A stretch of 64,000 bases of DNA, taken from NCBI RefSeq assembly GCF_026210795.1, contig NC_089436.1:124001-188000 (forward strand). The letters run 5' to 3'. Source of the DNA: Rhizophagus irregularis. Its lineage: Eukaryota. This document shows positions 12,400-26,715 of the stretch, piece after piece. Below the pieces are notes generated by a model that saw nothing but the letters and a program-made list of their open reading frames with translations, made no database searches and had not been told where the DNA came from. A program made the translations under genes and the position numbers. Positions within the stretch are counted from its first letter, which is position 1; the number at the start of each line of letters is the position of its first letter.

Positions 12400-14540
12400 T
12401 TAATAACTTCTTCCAAATAAAGCATATCTTTTAGCTAATTTACCACAAGAAATACATTCAGTTTCACCGGGAACAATTGGTGGATCATTGGGCTGCTCTA
12501 AAGGAATGCACAAAGATTTGGCACCCATCGATGGAGCTTTTTCATCTTCTGCTTCTTCTTTAGTGACACTATTAAATATAAAATGAGTTACTATTTAAAA
12601 TATATAAAATACATGATTTTTTAAAGATAAACTTACTGTCTAGTACTTTTTTCTTTTATACTAGTTTCGCATGACACCTCTTCACACCATGGAATCATGA
12701 CAAAATTTTTACCATCCAAGGTCGAAACAAAATCTTCCCATTTTAAAACTATTTTTACATGATCATCATAAACTTTTTTGGCACGTTCAAACATGTCCTT
12801 CTGAATAATTTTAAGAGTATCGGGAATACGTGAAACAAGATCTGCTAAAGGAATAGGTTCCTTAGAGCCATTATCACGACGAACCATAAGCGATTGTTGA
12901 TTTTGTAAGTCACGTGGACCTATTTCTAGACGGATCGGAACACCCTAAAAAAAAATAATTTTTGCGAATTAGAAAAAAAATAAGATAAATAAAATAAAAA
13001 TAAATACAGTAAGTATTATTAGACTTGCTTTTAATTCCCAATGGTTATATTTATATCCTGGTGAATAATTCTCTCTTAGATCTGCCTTAGCTTTAATTCC
13101 AACTGATTTCAGTTCTTCAACTACGTCATTTACTTTGCTTTCTACAAGTTTTTTGTCATCTTCTGTAGTCTTTGATGTAATACCACAGGGAATGACAATT
13201 ACTTGAGTTGCAGCAATACGGGGAGGTAACACTAAACCTTTATTATCGCCGTGAATCATTACCATTACACCAATACTACGAGTGGAAATGCCCCAAGAAT
13301 TTTGCCAGACGTGCACTTTCTTTGCGTCTTTAGGATCCTCAATAACAATATCAAACATTTTCGAAAAATTTTGACCCAAACAATGAGAAGTAGCAGCCTG
13401 AACTCCACGACCTGTAGTTGGAATAAAACCTTCAAGAGTAGTAGTATAAAGTCCACCAGCAAACTTCTCTTTTTCAGACTTAATTCCTCTAATTACAGGA
13501 ACTGCAAGCATATCTTCATATACCTGACGGTAAAGCTCTAAAATTTTATACACTTCAGTATCAGCTTCTTCCTTAGTAAAATGTGCAGTATGCCCTTCTT
13601 GCCACAAAAATTCACGTGTTCTAATAAAAGGTTCTGTAAATGACATGAAAAATCAATTATTTAAAATAATATTCATGAAGTTATATTTAAATTCAATGAT
13701 AAATAAATAACATACGAGGATTCTTGAATTCCCATCGAACGACATTACACCATTGATTAAGTTTTAATGGTAAATCACGGTAAGTTCTAATCCACTTGGC
13801 AAAATATGGATACATTACTGTCTCAGATGTTGGACGAATAGCGACAGGATTTTCAATATTGCTAGATCCTCTGTTTGAAAATTATATTCTTATCTCAATA
13901 TTCGACTATTAGGCAAAAATTAAATTAATAGCATTGTGATACAAACGCTTTAGTAACCCAAGCAACTTCAGCGGCAAAGCCCTCGATATGGTCCTTTTCT
14001 CTTTCCAATTGTCTTTGTGAAACAAACATTGGAAAGTAAGTATCTTCAACTCCTAATTTCTTGATTTCAGCATCAAAAAAGTCTTTCGATAACCATTTGA
14101 GCGTAAATTAGATCAAAAAATTTTATATTACAAATTTAATAATTTAATCTTCATTATGCCTTACTCTGAATTTCTTGCCATATATTATAAGCCAAAGGCC
14201 TTATAATATAACATCCGGAAACTTCTTCATAATATTCTAGCATTTCAGAACGTTTCAGCACCTTGAAGATAAATTTATATTTCTGTTCATTTTGTTCATT
14301 TTAAATTTATCAACTTCACAGTAACTTCAATACCTGCGTGTACCATGTAGAAAAGTCAACCTCTTTTCGAACCTCAATACCAATTTGAGAGGCTCCTTCG
14401 ATATGGGCTATTAGAGACAATTTAGTAAATTTATATAGTATTTTAATAAAGATATAAGCCAAATTTTACAAAGTACCATCAGCTTTTTTAGCAGACTTTT
14501 TTGAAGCAACTTTCTTTTCGGCCTTATCCACGTTTGACAT
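12400..14540 (-). CDS. proRS: Cytoplasmic prolyl-tRNA synthetase (eukaryotic/archaeal type), multi-exon
   Basis: [74 protein letters not shown]-terminal LFGRSY*. Confidence 0.97.
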
Positions 14541-14745
14541 CTTTCTAAAGGGAAATATGAAAATTATAAAAATACTACTGAAAATAAAATCTTAAGATTT
14601 TGATCGTAATAATCGTAATACCATTAATTCTAAATTTGGGCTTAGAACTTTTGGTTGTACAAATTTGACAGAAAATGTGTCGTACCACGAATACCACGTT
14701 TGCCGAGTTTTAACAGAAAAAAAAATATCCGTTTTCGAATCAAAA
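14541..14745. promoter_or_regulatory. Putative bidirectional promoter between ProRS and ValRS
   Basis: Only ~205 nt between divergent ATGs; contains short direct repeats ATCGTAAT x2 and TACCACG x2. Confidence 0.6.
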
Positions 14746-17700
14746 ATGGATGACACTAAGGAACAAACACCGAGTTCTGAATCTAGTCAAACTCCCGCAG
14801 GGTCTGATACAACACCCGTGTCTACTACGGCAAAGTCAAAAAATGCCGACAAAAATGAGGCAAAAAGACAAGCAAAACTTGCAAAATATGCGGCTAAACA
14901 AGCAAAACTTACACATGTAAGTGACTTATTACTAACATATTATACAATAAATTTTGTTTATACTTTTTTAAATTATATTTAGTTAACTGAAGGTGAAAAA
15001 AAGAAGGAAAAAGAGAAGAAGCCAAAAAGTGACAAAGCCTCCAGGAAAGTAGACGAATTTATTGATAATACACCCCCTGGTGAAAAGAAAGGTATTATAA
15101 TCGTAATTCTTGAATGGATAACGCGTGAAATTAATTATTTATCAGAGTTCTTTCATTTATTTTAAAGATATGTCCAAACCAATGGCTTCCGCTTATAATC
15201 CAAAAGCTGTTGAAGCTGCTTGGTATGCATGGTGGGAAAATCAAGGCTTTTTCAAACCTGAATTGACTCCGGATGGTAAACCTAAGCCCGAAGGGATATT
15301 TGTTGTTCCCGCTCCTCCACCAAATGTGACAGGTTCCCTTCATATTGGCCACGGTTTGACCGTAGCTATCCAAGATACTTTAAGTAGATGGTATATAAGT
15401 AATAGATTTTAGATCTATTTCGCACATTTTTTAACTCTATATTTTAATTAGGAATCGAATGTTAGGCAAAACGGTATTATTTAATCCAGGGATTGATCAC
15501 GCAGGTATTTCAACACAATCTGTTGTTGAAAAGAAGTTATGGGTTGAAAAGAAGCAAACACGTCATGATCTTGGACGTGAAGCATTTGTTAATGAAATTT
15601 GGAAATGGAAAAATAAGTATGTATTTGTCATTGGATTTCATTTTTTTTTTATGATATTTAAATTGACTAATTCAATAAAACAAGATATGGCGATCGTATC
15701 CATTCACAATTAAAACGACTTGGAGGTTCTTATGATTGGGAAAGAGCTGTTTTTACAATGGATGAAGTTAGCATAAAATTTTCAATTTGACGCGTTCTAC
15801 TGGTATTATTGGTATTAAATATTAATATATATCAGTTATTCAAATTTCTTAGAAACCAAGTAGAGCTGTCATTGAAACCTTTTGTCGATTGCAAGAAGAA
15901 GGAATTGTTTACAGATCAACTCGGTTGATAAACTGGTGTGTTAGACTTAACACATCTTTATCAAATCTTGAAGTTGAAAATAAAGAAATATCCGGTCGTA
16001 TACTATTATCAGTTCCAGGGTACGATCCAGAGGAAAAATTTGAATTTGGTGTTTTAACATCATTTGGATATCCTATTGAAAATTCTGGTATTTATCATTA
16101 TTTTATAATTTTATATTAATTAATCTATATATTAAATATCTTATATGTCATTTAGATGAAAAAATTGTTGTTGCTACTACTCGTCCTGAAACAATGCTTG
16201 GTGATACCGGCATTGCTATTCATCCAAAAGATGAGCGTTATAAGGTTAATTTTTTTGTTAAAACATGTAATTAAGTAATTATAAGTTTATTGCAACTCCT
16301 AATTAAGGGAAATTTCTTGATTATTAAAAATAAAGCATCTTCATGGCAAGTTCGCCGTTCATCCATTTAATGGAAGAAAACTTCCTATTGTCCTCGACGA
16401 TATTGTAGTAGACATGACATTCGGTACTGGTGCTGTCAAGATTACACCAGCCCATGATTTTAACGATTATGAAGTTGGTAAACGACATAATCTCGAATTT
16501 ATCAATATTTTAAATGATGACGGTACTTTAAATGCAAACGGTGCTCCTTTCCAAGTAAGCAATAATAATTTATTTCATTTATTAATATTTATTAAATCTA
16601 ATATTGTAATATTATAGGGAATGAAAAGGTTTCATGTTCGTGAGGCAGTTGTTAATGCACTTAAAGAAAAAGGCTTATACGTTGGAACGATAGAAAACCC
16701 TATGACCGTTCCTGTTTGCTCGTAAGTGGCTTATACCCGAAATTGCCTTCTTTTTTACATTCTCAGTAGTATAAACATTAATAAACAAGAAATTTTTTTT
16801 TTTAATAGTAAATCAGGAGACATTATCGAACCACTTTTAAAACCTCAATGGTGGGTTAGTTGTTCTGATATGGCAAAAAACGCAATGAAGGTTTGTGTTT
16901 ACTTTCCTTACGATAAATATTTTTGTACTTTGCTTTTTATTAAAATAGCATATTTACAAATGAAATAGGCAGTGAAGGATGGAAAATTGCGCATTTCCCC
17001 CTATACCTCAGAAAAAGAGTGGTTCAGATGGCTTGGTAATATTCAGGATTGGTGTATTTCGCGTCAATTATGGTGGGGCCACCAAATTCCTGCTTATTTT
17101 ATAAAATTATCGAACCAGGACCAAGATGTATGTAGGCTTTATAATCTTTTTATTCAAGCTTTAAAAATATCTGATTGATTAAAAAAAAAAAATGCCAGCC
17201 CTCGGATGGAAAATATTGGGTATCAGGTCGTAATATAGAAGAGGCTCAAGAGAAAGCAAATAAAAAATTTCCGGATGTTGAGTTGACCTTAGAACGAGAT
17301 CCAGATGTGTTAGATACTTGGTTTTCTTCCGGATTATGGCCATTCTCTATTTTCGGCTGGCCTGATAAGGTAGATTTCTTATTTTCCCAAAAGTCTGATG
17401 ATTACTTTTATTAACATAATATTATTACACAGACAAGCGACTTAGAAAGTTTTTATCCGACATCGCTTTTAGAAACTGGATGGGATATTTTATTTTTCTG
17501 GGTAGCTAGAATGGTTATGTTGGGTATTAAGCTAACTGGACATGTTCCTTTCAATGAAGTTTTTTGTCACGCGATGATTCGAGATGCACATGGGCGAAAG
17601 ATGAGTAAATCTTTAGGCAATGTAATTGATCCAGTAGATGTAATTCAAGGTATATCATTAGAGGAATTACATGCTAAATTATATGAAGGTAATCTTGATA

Positions 17701-19361
17701 TACGCGAGATTGAAAAAGCTAAGGCTGGTCAAAAAGCTGATTTTCCAAATGGTATTCCTGAATGTGGTACTGATGCATTGAGATTCGCGTTGTGTGCATA
17801 CACTTCAGCAGGTAATTAAATATAGTTTAGTCATTTCATTTTTTTTTTGATTTTATTTTTATTTTATTTTATACTTCATCTTGCTATTTAATTTTATTAA
17901 TAAATTTTTAGGTCGTGATATAAACCTTGATATTCTTCGTGTGGAAGGATATAGAAAATTCTGTAATAAATTATGGAATGCAACTAGATTTGCATTAATG
18001 AAATTAGGAGACGATTTCATACCAAGAGAAAATGCTAAAGTATGCTATTTTTGAGTCAATATTAAATTTAACAATCAACTAACTTGTTCAAATGTTTTCT
18101 ATATTAGAAAACTGGCAAAGAGTCGCTAGCCGAACAATGGATATTACACAAATTAAATCAAAGTGCAACAGAAACAAACAAATCTTTACATGAAAGAAAC
18201 TTTATGGCTGCTACTACTGCAATACATAACTTTTGGTTATATGAACTTTGTGATGTTTATATTGTAAATATATTTTTTAACTCCATTTTTTTTTGCAAAA
18301 TGAATTAATAATTTATATTTAAATATATAGGAACTGATAAAACCATTAACAGATGCCGATACATCAATTACTGACAATGCAAATCGTAAACGATCAGCTC
18401 AGGACACATTATATACTTGTTTAGAAGCTGGTCTCAAGCTACTTCACCCATTTATGCCATTTGTGACAGAAGAATTATATCAACGTTTGCCTCGACGTTC
18501 TGCAGACAATATTCCAACGATCGTTAAGGCCAAATACCCTGTTGAGGTATGATAAATTATATTTTATTTGTAAACATTTGTTATAATAGCTTTAATATAA
18601 CACTCAAAGAACATATCTGCATAGGAACCAGAGTATCATAATCTACAGTCAGAAGAACAATTTGAACTTGTATTAACTGTAATAAGAGCTGCTCGGTCTC
18701 TAACAGCTGAATATAATATTCAGTCTAATGCCTCATGCAAGTGTATTTGTTTAGTTTTCTGAAATATTTATCTTATTAAATCTCATTATAATCTTCATAT
18801 CTCTAAAACATATTAGTATTCGTTCAGACTGCCTCTGAGAAAACTGCAAATTTGCTAACTTCACATGAACAAAGCATTATTACTTTAGTAAAAAGTGCCA
18901 AATCTGTGCATGTTTTCCAGAAAGGCGAAACTATTCCAGCTGGCTGTGCTTTAAGCACAGTAAATGATGAAATAAACGTACTATTAATGGTTAAGGTAAA
19001 AAGAATAATATTTCCTTTTTGTACATATTACATAAATATATAAATCAATTTACGTGTTTATTTAGGGATTTATCGATATTGATGCTGAAGTTACAAAATT
19101 CCAAAATAAGCTCGAGAAAACAACTCAATCTCTATCATCACTTCAGAAAAAGACTTCAATCCCCGATTACGAAAACAAGGTTCCAGAAGATGTAAGAGAA
19201 GCTAATGAAACTAAGGTAACTAACTTAATAATGTTTTTCTTACCTATTTGTTAAACTAATGTAGGAATTGATTTACTTTATTGTAATAGCTTAAAAATTA
19301 CCAAGCCGAAATTGATGCTTTGAATCATAGTATTCAAAACTTTTTAAAATTAAAAGATTAG
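14746..19361 (+). CDS. VAS1: Valyl-tRNA synthetase, ~20 exons
   Basis: [13 protein letters not shown] (HIGH), [48 protein letters not shown] motifs; C-terminal coiled coil. Confidence 0.97.
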
Positions 19362-19464
19362 ACCAGTTATATGTAAAACAAATATGTTTAATAGTAATTT
19401 ATAACATATAATAATATATAGCATAAAACTTTGTTTGAAAATCATTAAAAAAGACAAATAACTT

Positions 19465-20574
19465 TTAAATGTCTACATCCAATTCTTTTCTTGCTTGCAA
19501 CTTTATCATCTTATCGTGATATTTTTTACTTTCATTTAATTCCTGAAGTATTCTCTCTTCTGTAAAAAGGTAAATAATAAATAATAAAGAAGAAATATAA
19601 ATTAAATATATAGTAAACTTACCAAAACCTTTTTCCTCTTCGGCTAACTTTGGATCTAACATGCTCAACATATGTTGTTCTATTCTAACCATTTCAAGTT
19701 GTTCTTCCAGCTGATGAAATTTATCAATACGTCTCTGATGAGCTCTTATACGTTTATTCATCATCATGGAAATCCAAGTAGGTTGTTTCAAACCCCGCAC
19801 TCGCTGAAGCTTATAGCCTAATTGAGTAACTACTGTGTGTATTTTTAAATCAGATCCAAAAGAATGATTTTTCTTTGGCAATTTCTTTTCTAATTCTTTG
19901 TATTCTGGTGGAGTATATAAGCGCTTATCTAAAGGAATTCTATAAGCAGGATGAGGATCAAGAGTACGAGCACCATGAGTACGTGTATCCAAAACGAACT
20001 TGTGTAATTTAGGCTATTAAGATATAAATTACAGAATATTAGAATTATTGTTTGATTGAAACAATAATGAATACATGCCATGATCTTACTCTCTTCCAAT
20101 TTGCCAACTGATATAATGGAAATATATTAGTCACATTTATTGTAAAGAACGATAAAATTGAATAAAATTAACTTACGATATCCAGAACTTCTTTAAGTCT
20201 ACCTTTCCTACCCCAAGCTAAATCATCAATGTGCTGAAAAGCCTCTTGATTTCCTTTAAGTGCTTTTATTATAATGGACTTGCACTTTAAAAATATCAAG
20301 TTTATTAACAGGTAAATTCTTTCAATAATTCGACTTTTCACTTTACCTCTTGAGCTTCTTTTAAATATTCAACGGTTTTACTTATCGAAGTTTCATGCCT
20401 CCTTAGCCTAAAATTTAGACGAATATTGTAAAATAAATATTTTTGGTGAAGATCATCAGGAAATGATCTAGAAGTATTAAGCAATGATTTATAAAGAGAG
20501 AGAACTGGCAAGCGGTGTTGAGGAAGTTTCCAAAAAGGCCTTTTAGGCTTATTTCGCAAAATTTGTAGAGACAT
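19465..20574 (-). CDS. Mitochondrial LYR-motif (Complex1_LYR) protein, multi-exon
   Basis: N-terminal VLSLYKSLL...IRLNFR..R.ETS LYR-type motif; spliced continuation via LAWGRKGRLKE and an 18-nt micro-exon. Confidence 0.75.
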
Positions 20575-20682
20575 TTACGGATATTTAACTTTTCAGTTGA
20601 TTTATAGATCTTGTACAACATTGATAAAGATGATCGACATTTAGACGCGATAACGCGACATTTTATAGTTTGTCATTTTACA

Positions 20683-22468
20683 ATGTATATTGAATTTCTT
20701 CATTGCAACGCGTGTTTTACATATCCTTCGTCTTCAAAAGAAGACCAAATACGGTTTTGGTTAACAGAGTGCGGACATGTAGTATGCAAATCGTGTTTAA
20801 ATAAGCATGGCGAAGCAAGTCATGGTATGACTATTTTACACGCGTTTCGGATACTTTTTTTTGTGGGAGTTTTCATTACATAATATTTGAGAGTTCTCTA
20901 GATAGTTCTAATGTTACAGAACACACTTGTCCTGTTTGCAATACACGGTGTGCAGCTGTAGAGTTGACCGATAACGTGAGTTCTTAAACTCTTTCTTTAA
21001 TTTAGATACTGTATCCCTAATGAAATTTAGTTATTATTTGAATGCATAGCTCCCTCCTAATCTTGGTGCATTCTTTCGGACCACTTATGATATACTGGAT
21101 GAAGCCGCCGATGTTATGCGAGTGAGATTTTGATTAAAATGTTTAGATAACATCGATAATCTTAATTAACGTAATATTTTCAATTAGTTTCAGAAAACCA
21201 ATACAATTTCATTAATTGAATTTTTGAAAGATAAATTACACAAACAAAGACAGATGCTTGACAAAGCGAAAAATGAAATACTTCAATACAAAGACATGAA
21301 AAAGTAATGTGTTAAAAGATTATTGTTGATAATTGAATTCATAAAACTACATTTATTATTCTCAATTTAATTATTAAGTGAGCTACAAAACCTTAAAGAA
21401 GAAAATCGACGTTTAAAATCTCAATTGCAAGAAGTTCGACCAAACACTTCAAGTACTTCAGTAAAAAGGCCAATAGAATCACCAATAAAATTAAACAACA
21501 GGTTTTATTTTATGAATTATATGGATTTTATTTTACAATTTAATAGTGATTTTCATGAATTTTAGTCCGCTAAAGCTCCATAAATCACCAACTCAAAATC
21601 GTGATCTTGATATTTCGCCAAGTCAGGTAGTGGACATATATTATTGTTATAACTCGCATTTGTTTTTTTGATCCTGTTTATTAAGCAATTTTTTCTAAAG
21701 ACGTGTCAACCGAAAACTCCAAACCCACCTAAACGGTTAACATTATCGACTTCAATAAATTCACCGATGAGGCCGTTAATCTTCAAACAGCAGTCGCAAC
21801 AAAAATACGATAATTATTCTTCCCAACTTGAACATCAAAATAATAATGGACTCCCTTATAGTAATCAGATATCATGGAATTATGGCGTTGATGGTTACGA
21901 CGGTATCAGTGACAGGTAAAATGATCGACATTCATTTAAAGTTGATATGGATATATATTTCTCAGTTAATGAAATTGCTATCACTATATTCAATAGACGT
22001 GATGCTAGAGCTATGCCATCACCATCTAATAAATGTTATTCAGTTTCTTTTTCCGAAAGTAATTGCGACCAATATCCTCGAAAAATCTCTAATACAACAT
22101 TTTCTCGACCCGGAACAGCTTCTAGTACGCGTATGACGTGGAGTGAGTTACGTAATAGTAATAGAATTGCGCGACATGATGTATTGAGGATAGATCCCGG
22201 TAAGTAAATTTATTAAGTATTTATAGTATTATTGTTAATACAAACTTAAACCATAGGATCGAGAGCATTATCGGCTGCTTCTGCATCAAAATATCAAAAC
22301 CCGTCACCTTCAAATTACACAATATCAACAAATTTTCGGCCATCTTTACCTATGTCAAGAAATTTCATAGTTCCACAACCACAATCTCCACAACCTTCAC
22401 AACCTCCAAGAACTCCCATTATAAGAAACCGAGACGCATTACCGGGAATAAATAACCGAGGATGGTGA
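20683..22468 (+). CDS. ZIP3: Zip3/RNF212-family RING E3 (meiotic crossover factor), multi-exon
   Basis: FLHCNACF...FWLTECGHVVCKSC...CPVC...LPPNLGAFF RING signature, then coiled coil (FQKTN...LQNLKEENRRLK) and S/P-rich tail. Confidence 0.75.
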
Positions 22469-22702
22469 AGTTTGATTGACGATTTAGCTTTTAAACTTTT
22501 GTATTTTACATATAGAAAAAAAATGATTGATTGTATTTATTACTGCGTATATTTATTACAAATTTCGAGAAGACATGCGTCATATGTTAAAAATTAAAAT
22601 TTATTAATATAATTAAAACGGCTTAAATGCACAAATCTCATGTTATTGTTTGAGTTAGAAAGTAATTAAAGAAACTTTATATATAATAGTACATAAGTTA
22701 AT

Positions 22703-23905
<1,203 letters not shown>

Positions 23906-24498
23906 TTATATGTATAAAATCTTTGAAAATCAATCTTTTTTTGAATTATTTTTCATTGTAACACAAATTGATCTGCTTACTAAATAAAATTTGAATTATA
24001 CTAATTATATCAAATTAAGATTTGTATAGGTGTATAGTTGTATAATTATATGGAAAGTGGTACAGGAACGCGTCGAAATTTTCAAAGTGGTAAACCGATA
24101 TTGGCCATGAATTTTTCAGCCAATAAAAAATTCTAATTAATATCAAATTAACAAAAAAAAAAATCTTGGGAAAATAGATGAAGTATTTTATTTATTTTTT
24201 TTTGATTTTTTTTTATTTTGCATATCAACCATACATTTGCCGTACATAACTATTATAATTTTTTCTTATCATTCATCCATCAATTAGAAATAACTCCGCC
24301 CGAGAAAGAATAAGAAAAAAAGTAGATAAAATCGAATATAAAAGCGGGAGACACAATTAGTAATGTTCTATTTACACTCAGGCCACATTAAGAAATAAAA
24401 TGCATATTAAAGATTAGCCAAACCGAAGCAGTGATCTCATATGTCTAATTAATATTTAACAAGTTCATCACTGAACTTTGTTTATTTCCTTTTATAGA

Positions 24499-25684
24499 TT
24501 AAGACTTGGGTTGTGGAGCAGCAAAAGTCAGGCGCTGTTCATAAAATTTTATCATCTAAAAAAAAATAATTGATTTTTATTAATTATATAATTGAATTAA
24601 CATAATGTAAAATGAAATTTACCTTTTGAGGGCATTTAATATTGGCTTCTTTAGCTGGATGTCTCGAGGTATCCCCATTTTTCCTTCAACACATAAATAT
24701 ATTAGTATTATAATTATTTTTTTTCACAAATAATAATAAAATACAATTTACCATTTCAAATAGACCAGTAGTTCTCCAGTTTTATCATCACGAGTAACTG
24801 TTTCAACTCCTGAAACTGAGCTCTCCCAATCTTCGTCATGATCGAATTCTTCATCTATTTTAGATCTAGCTACTTTCGCTTTTTTAGGTGTAATAGAAGT
24901 ACGTGCTTTCTTTGTTTCTTTTTTAATAGGGGTAGGAGGAGGAGCAGCAGCACCTCTTTTCCTACCTTTTCTGGTCTCCTTTTGCTTGGCTTCTTCACTA
25001 TTATTTGCCCAATAATCTTTTACTAACTCTTCAGCGAAACTATTAATGCAAATATTATAGATTATAAACTTCGTTACCAATTATATTCAATATAAAAAAA
25101 TCATTATCAATAAATTATTCATACACATTATCTTCAGCTTCCCAAGTAGATTCTTCTTCGCTATACCCTTTATTTAAAATAGATAGATAAATAACAAATA
25201 ATTAAATAAAAATAAAATTAACTACAAAGATAAAAATCTAATATCGCTAAATAACTTACCTTTCCATTTAATTAGATAATATGTTTTATTCTATAAAAAA
25301 ATCAAATTAATTATAAAAAACATAAGTTAACGTAAAAAATCGTCTATAACTTACCCTTCTCCTATTATGATCGAGTACTTTCTCTACTTCATAGACTTCT
25401 CCGGACTCATCATCTTCTTTATCACTTTTCTCAATACTTTTTGCTTGATCTTGAGCCGCACTTTCTTTAGGATCTTCGTTTTCTTTTTCATTTGAAGGAT
25501 CTTCATTCGGATTTTCACCTTTAGAAGTATCTGTTTCTTGTTCTTGTGTCTTATTCGTAGTCGAAGTATTTTGTTCGGCGTTGTCAACTGAAGTTCCCTC
25601 CGCTTCAACGGTCGTTACCTCTCCGTCATAGTTCAAAAACTGATCAGCAACATCTACTTCTTCTTCTGCTTTACTGCGTGTCAT
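24499..25684 (-). CDS. HP1/Swi6-like chromodomain + chromo-shadow protein, multi-exon
   Basis: Acidic N-terminus; YEVEKVLDH...YLIKWKGYSEEESTWEAEDN chromodomain; basic hinge; DWES.V..VETV...LLVYLKW...EANIKCPQKMIKFYEQRL chromoshadow. Confidence 0.9.
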
Positions 25685-26715
25685 ATTTATTTTGTATTCT
25701 CTTTATTTGCTATGCAAACCAAACGCGAAAATATTTACAATACGGAAACTGTATTTTCAGAAATATGACTATCTTTTATATATAAATGTTAAATCAACAA
25801 AAATTATACGTCTTTAGCTCTTCGATCTAAACCCTACTCAACAAATACTTACCGTTGCATACAAAGCAAACAACACAAATATGGATATTTTGTTGCGAAA
25901 ACAGTCTAGGAGAGAAAAAACGTGAATTTTGAAGATAATGTGTTACAATATATGTCGTCATATAATCAAATCATCAAATACGGTAATAACACTGCAAATT
26001 TTTTTATAGGTCATGTGCATAATATGCTCACAGTATGCTCACCTAGTCACCTTAAAGGAACTAAAGAAAAATTTCGAAAAAAAAGCCAGTTATTGCTTTA
26101 ATAAGATTATGAGCGATTTTTGTGACACATAAACACTGATCACATGAATTGTGGAACAAAAAAAAATTTCTAAATAAAATTTCTAAAAATAAATTTTATT
26201 TAGCTTTTTCCTCCGGGTTTACTCCTCATCCACTGAGATTTTCATTACTACAATGAAATTTCTTAAACAAATTTATTGTAGTTTGTAATTTTTACCAAGA
26301 TCATCTAAAACTAAATATGAAATACTTTATGCAGCCAAGAAAAGGGTTATTCGGATATAAATAGATTTAAACACTTAAATTTTTAGCAGCATAGCAGCAC
26401 AAGTTTCAAAATGACTATTTTATCACCAGTAATATAATTTTGTACCACTCAATATATATTAAATATTGCAGTTATTAGAAGAAGCTGTAAACCCGCCATA
26501 CAAAAAAGCAGATAGTGGTAAATAAAGCAAAGTGATATATCAATAAATTTAACTCTCACCAAAAAGGTCTGTGGCTCACCAGCGAAAAAATATTTCCCTT
26601 CTTTCCGAAACTTGCTATTTTCTATTTCCAACCTCTTTCTTTGCGGAGAGCTTCCGTTCTTTATAATTTATCCTCCTCTTAAACCAAATTATAAAATAAA
26701 ATATAATACTTTAAC

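Noticed and set aside
14665..14745. TTG-initiated N-terminal extension of ValRS as a mitochondrial presequence
   Set aside because: The extension contains several Glu and few Arg, unlike a presequence, and lies in the short shared promoter.
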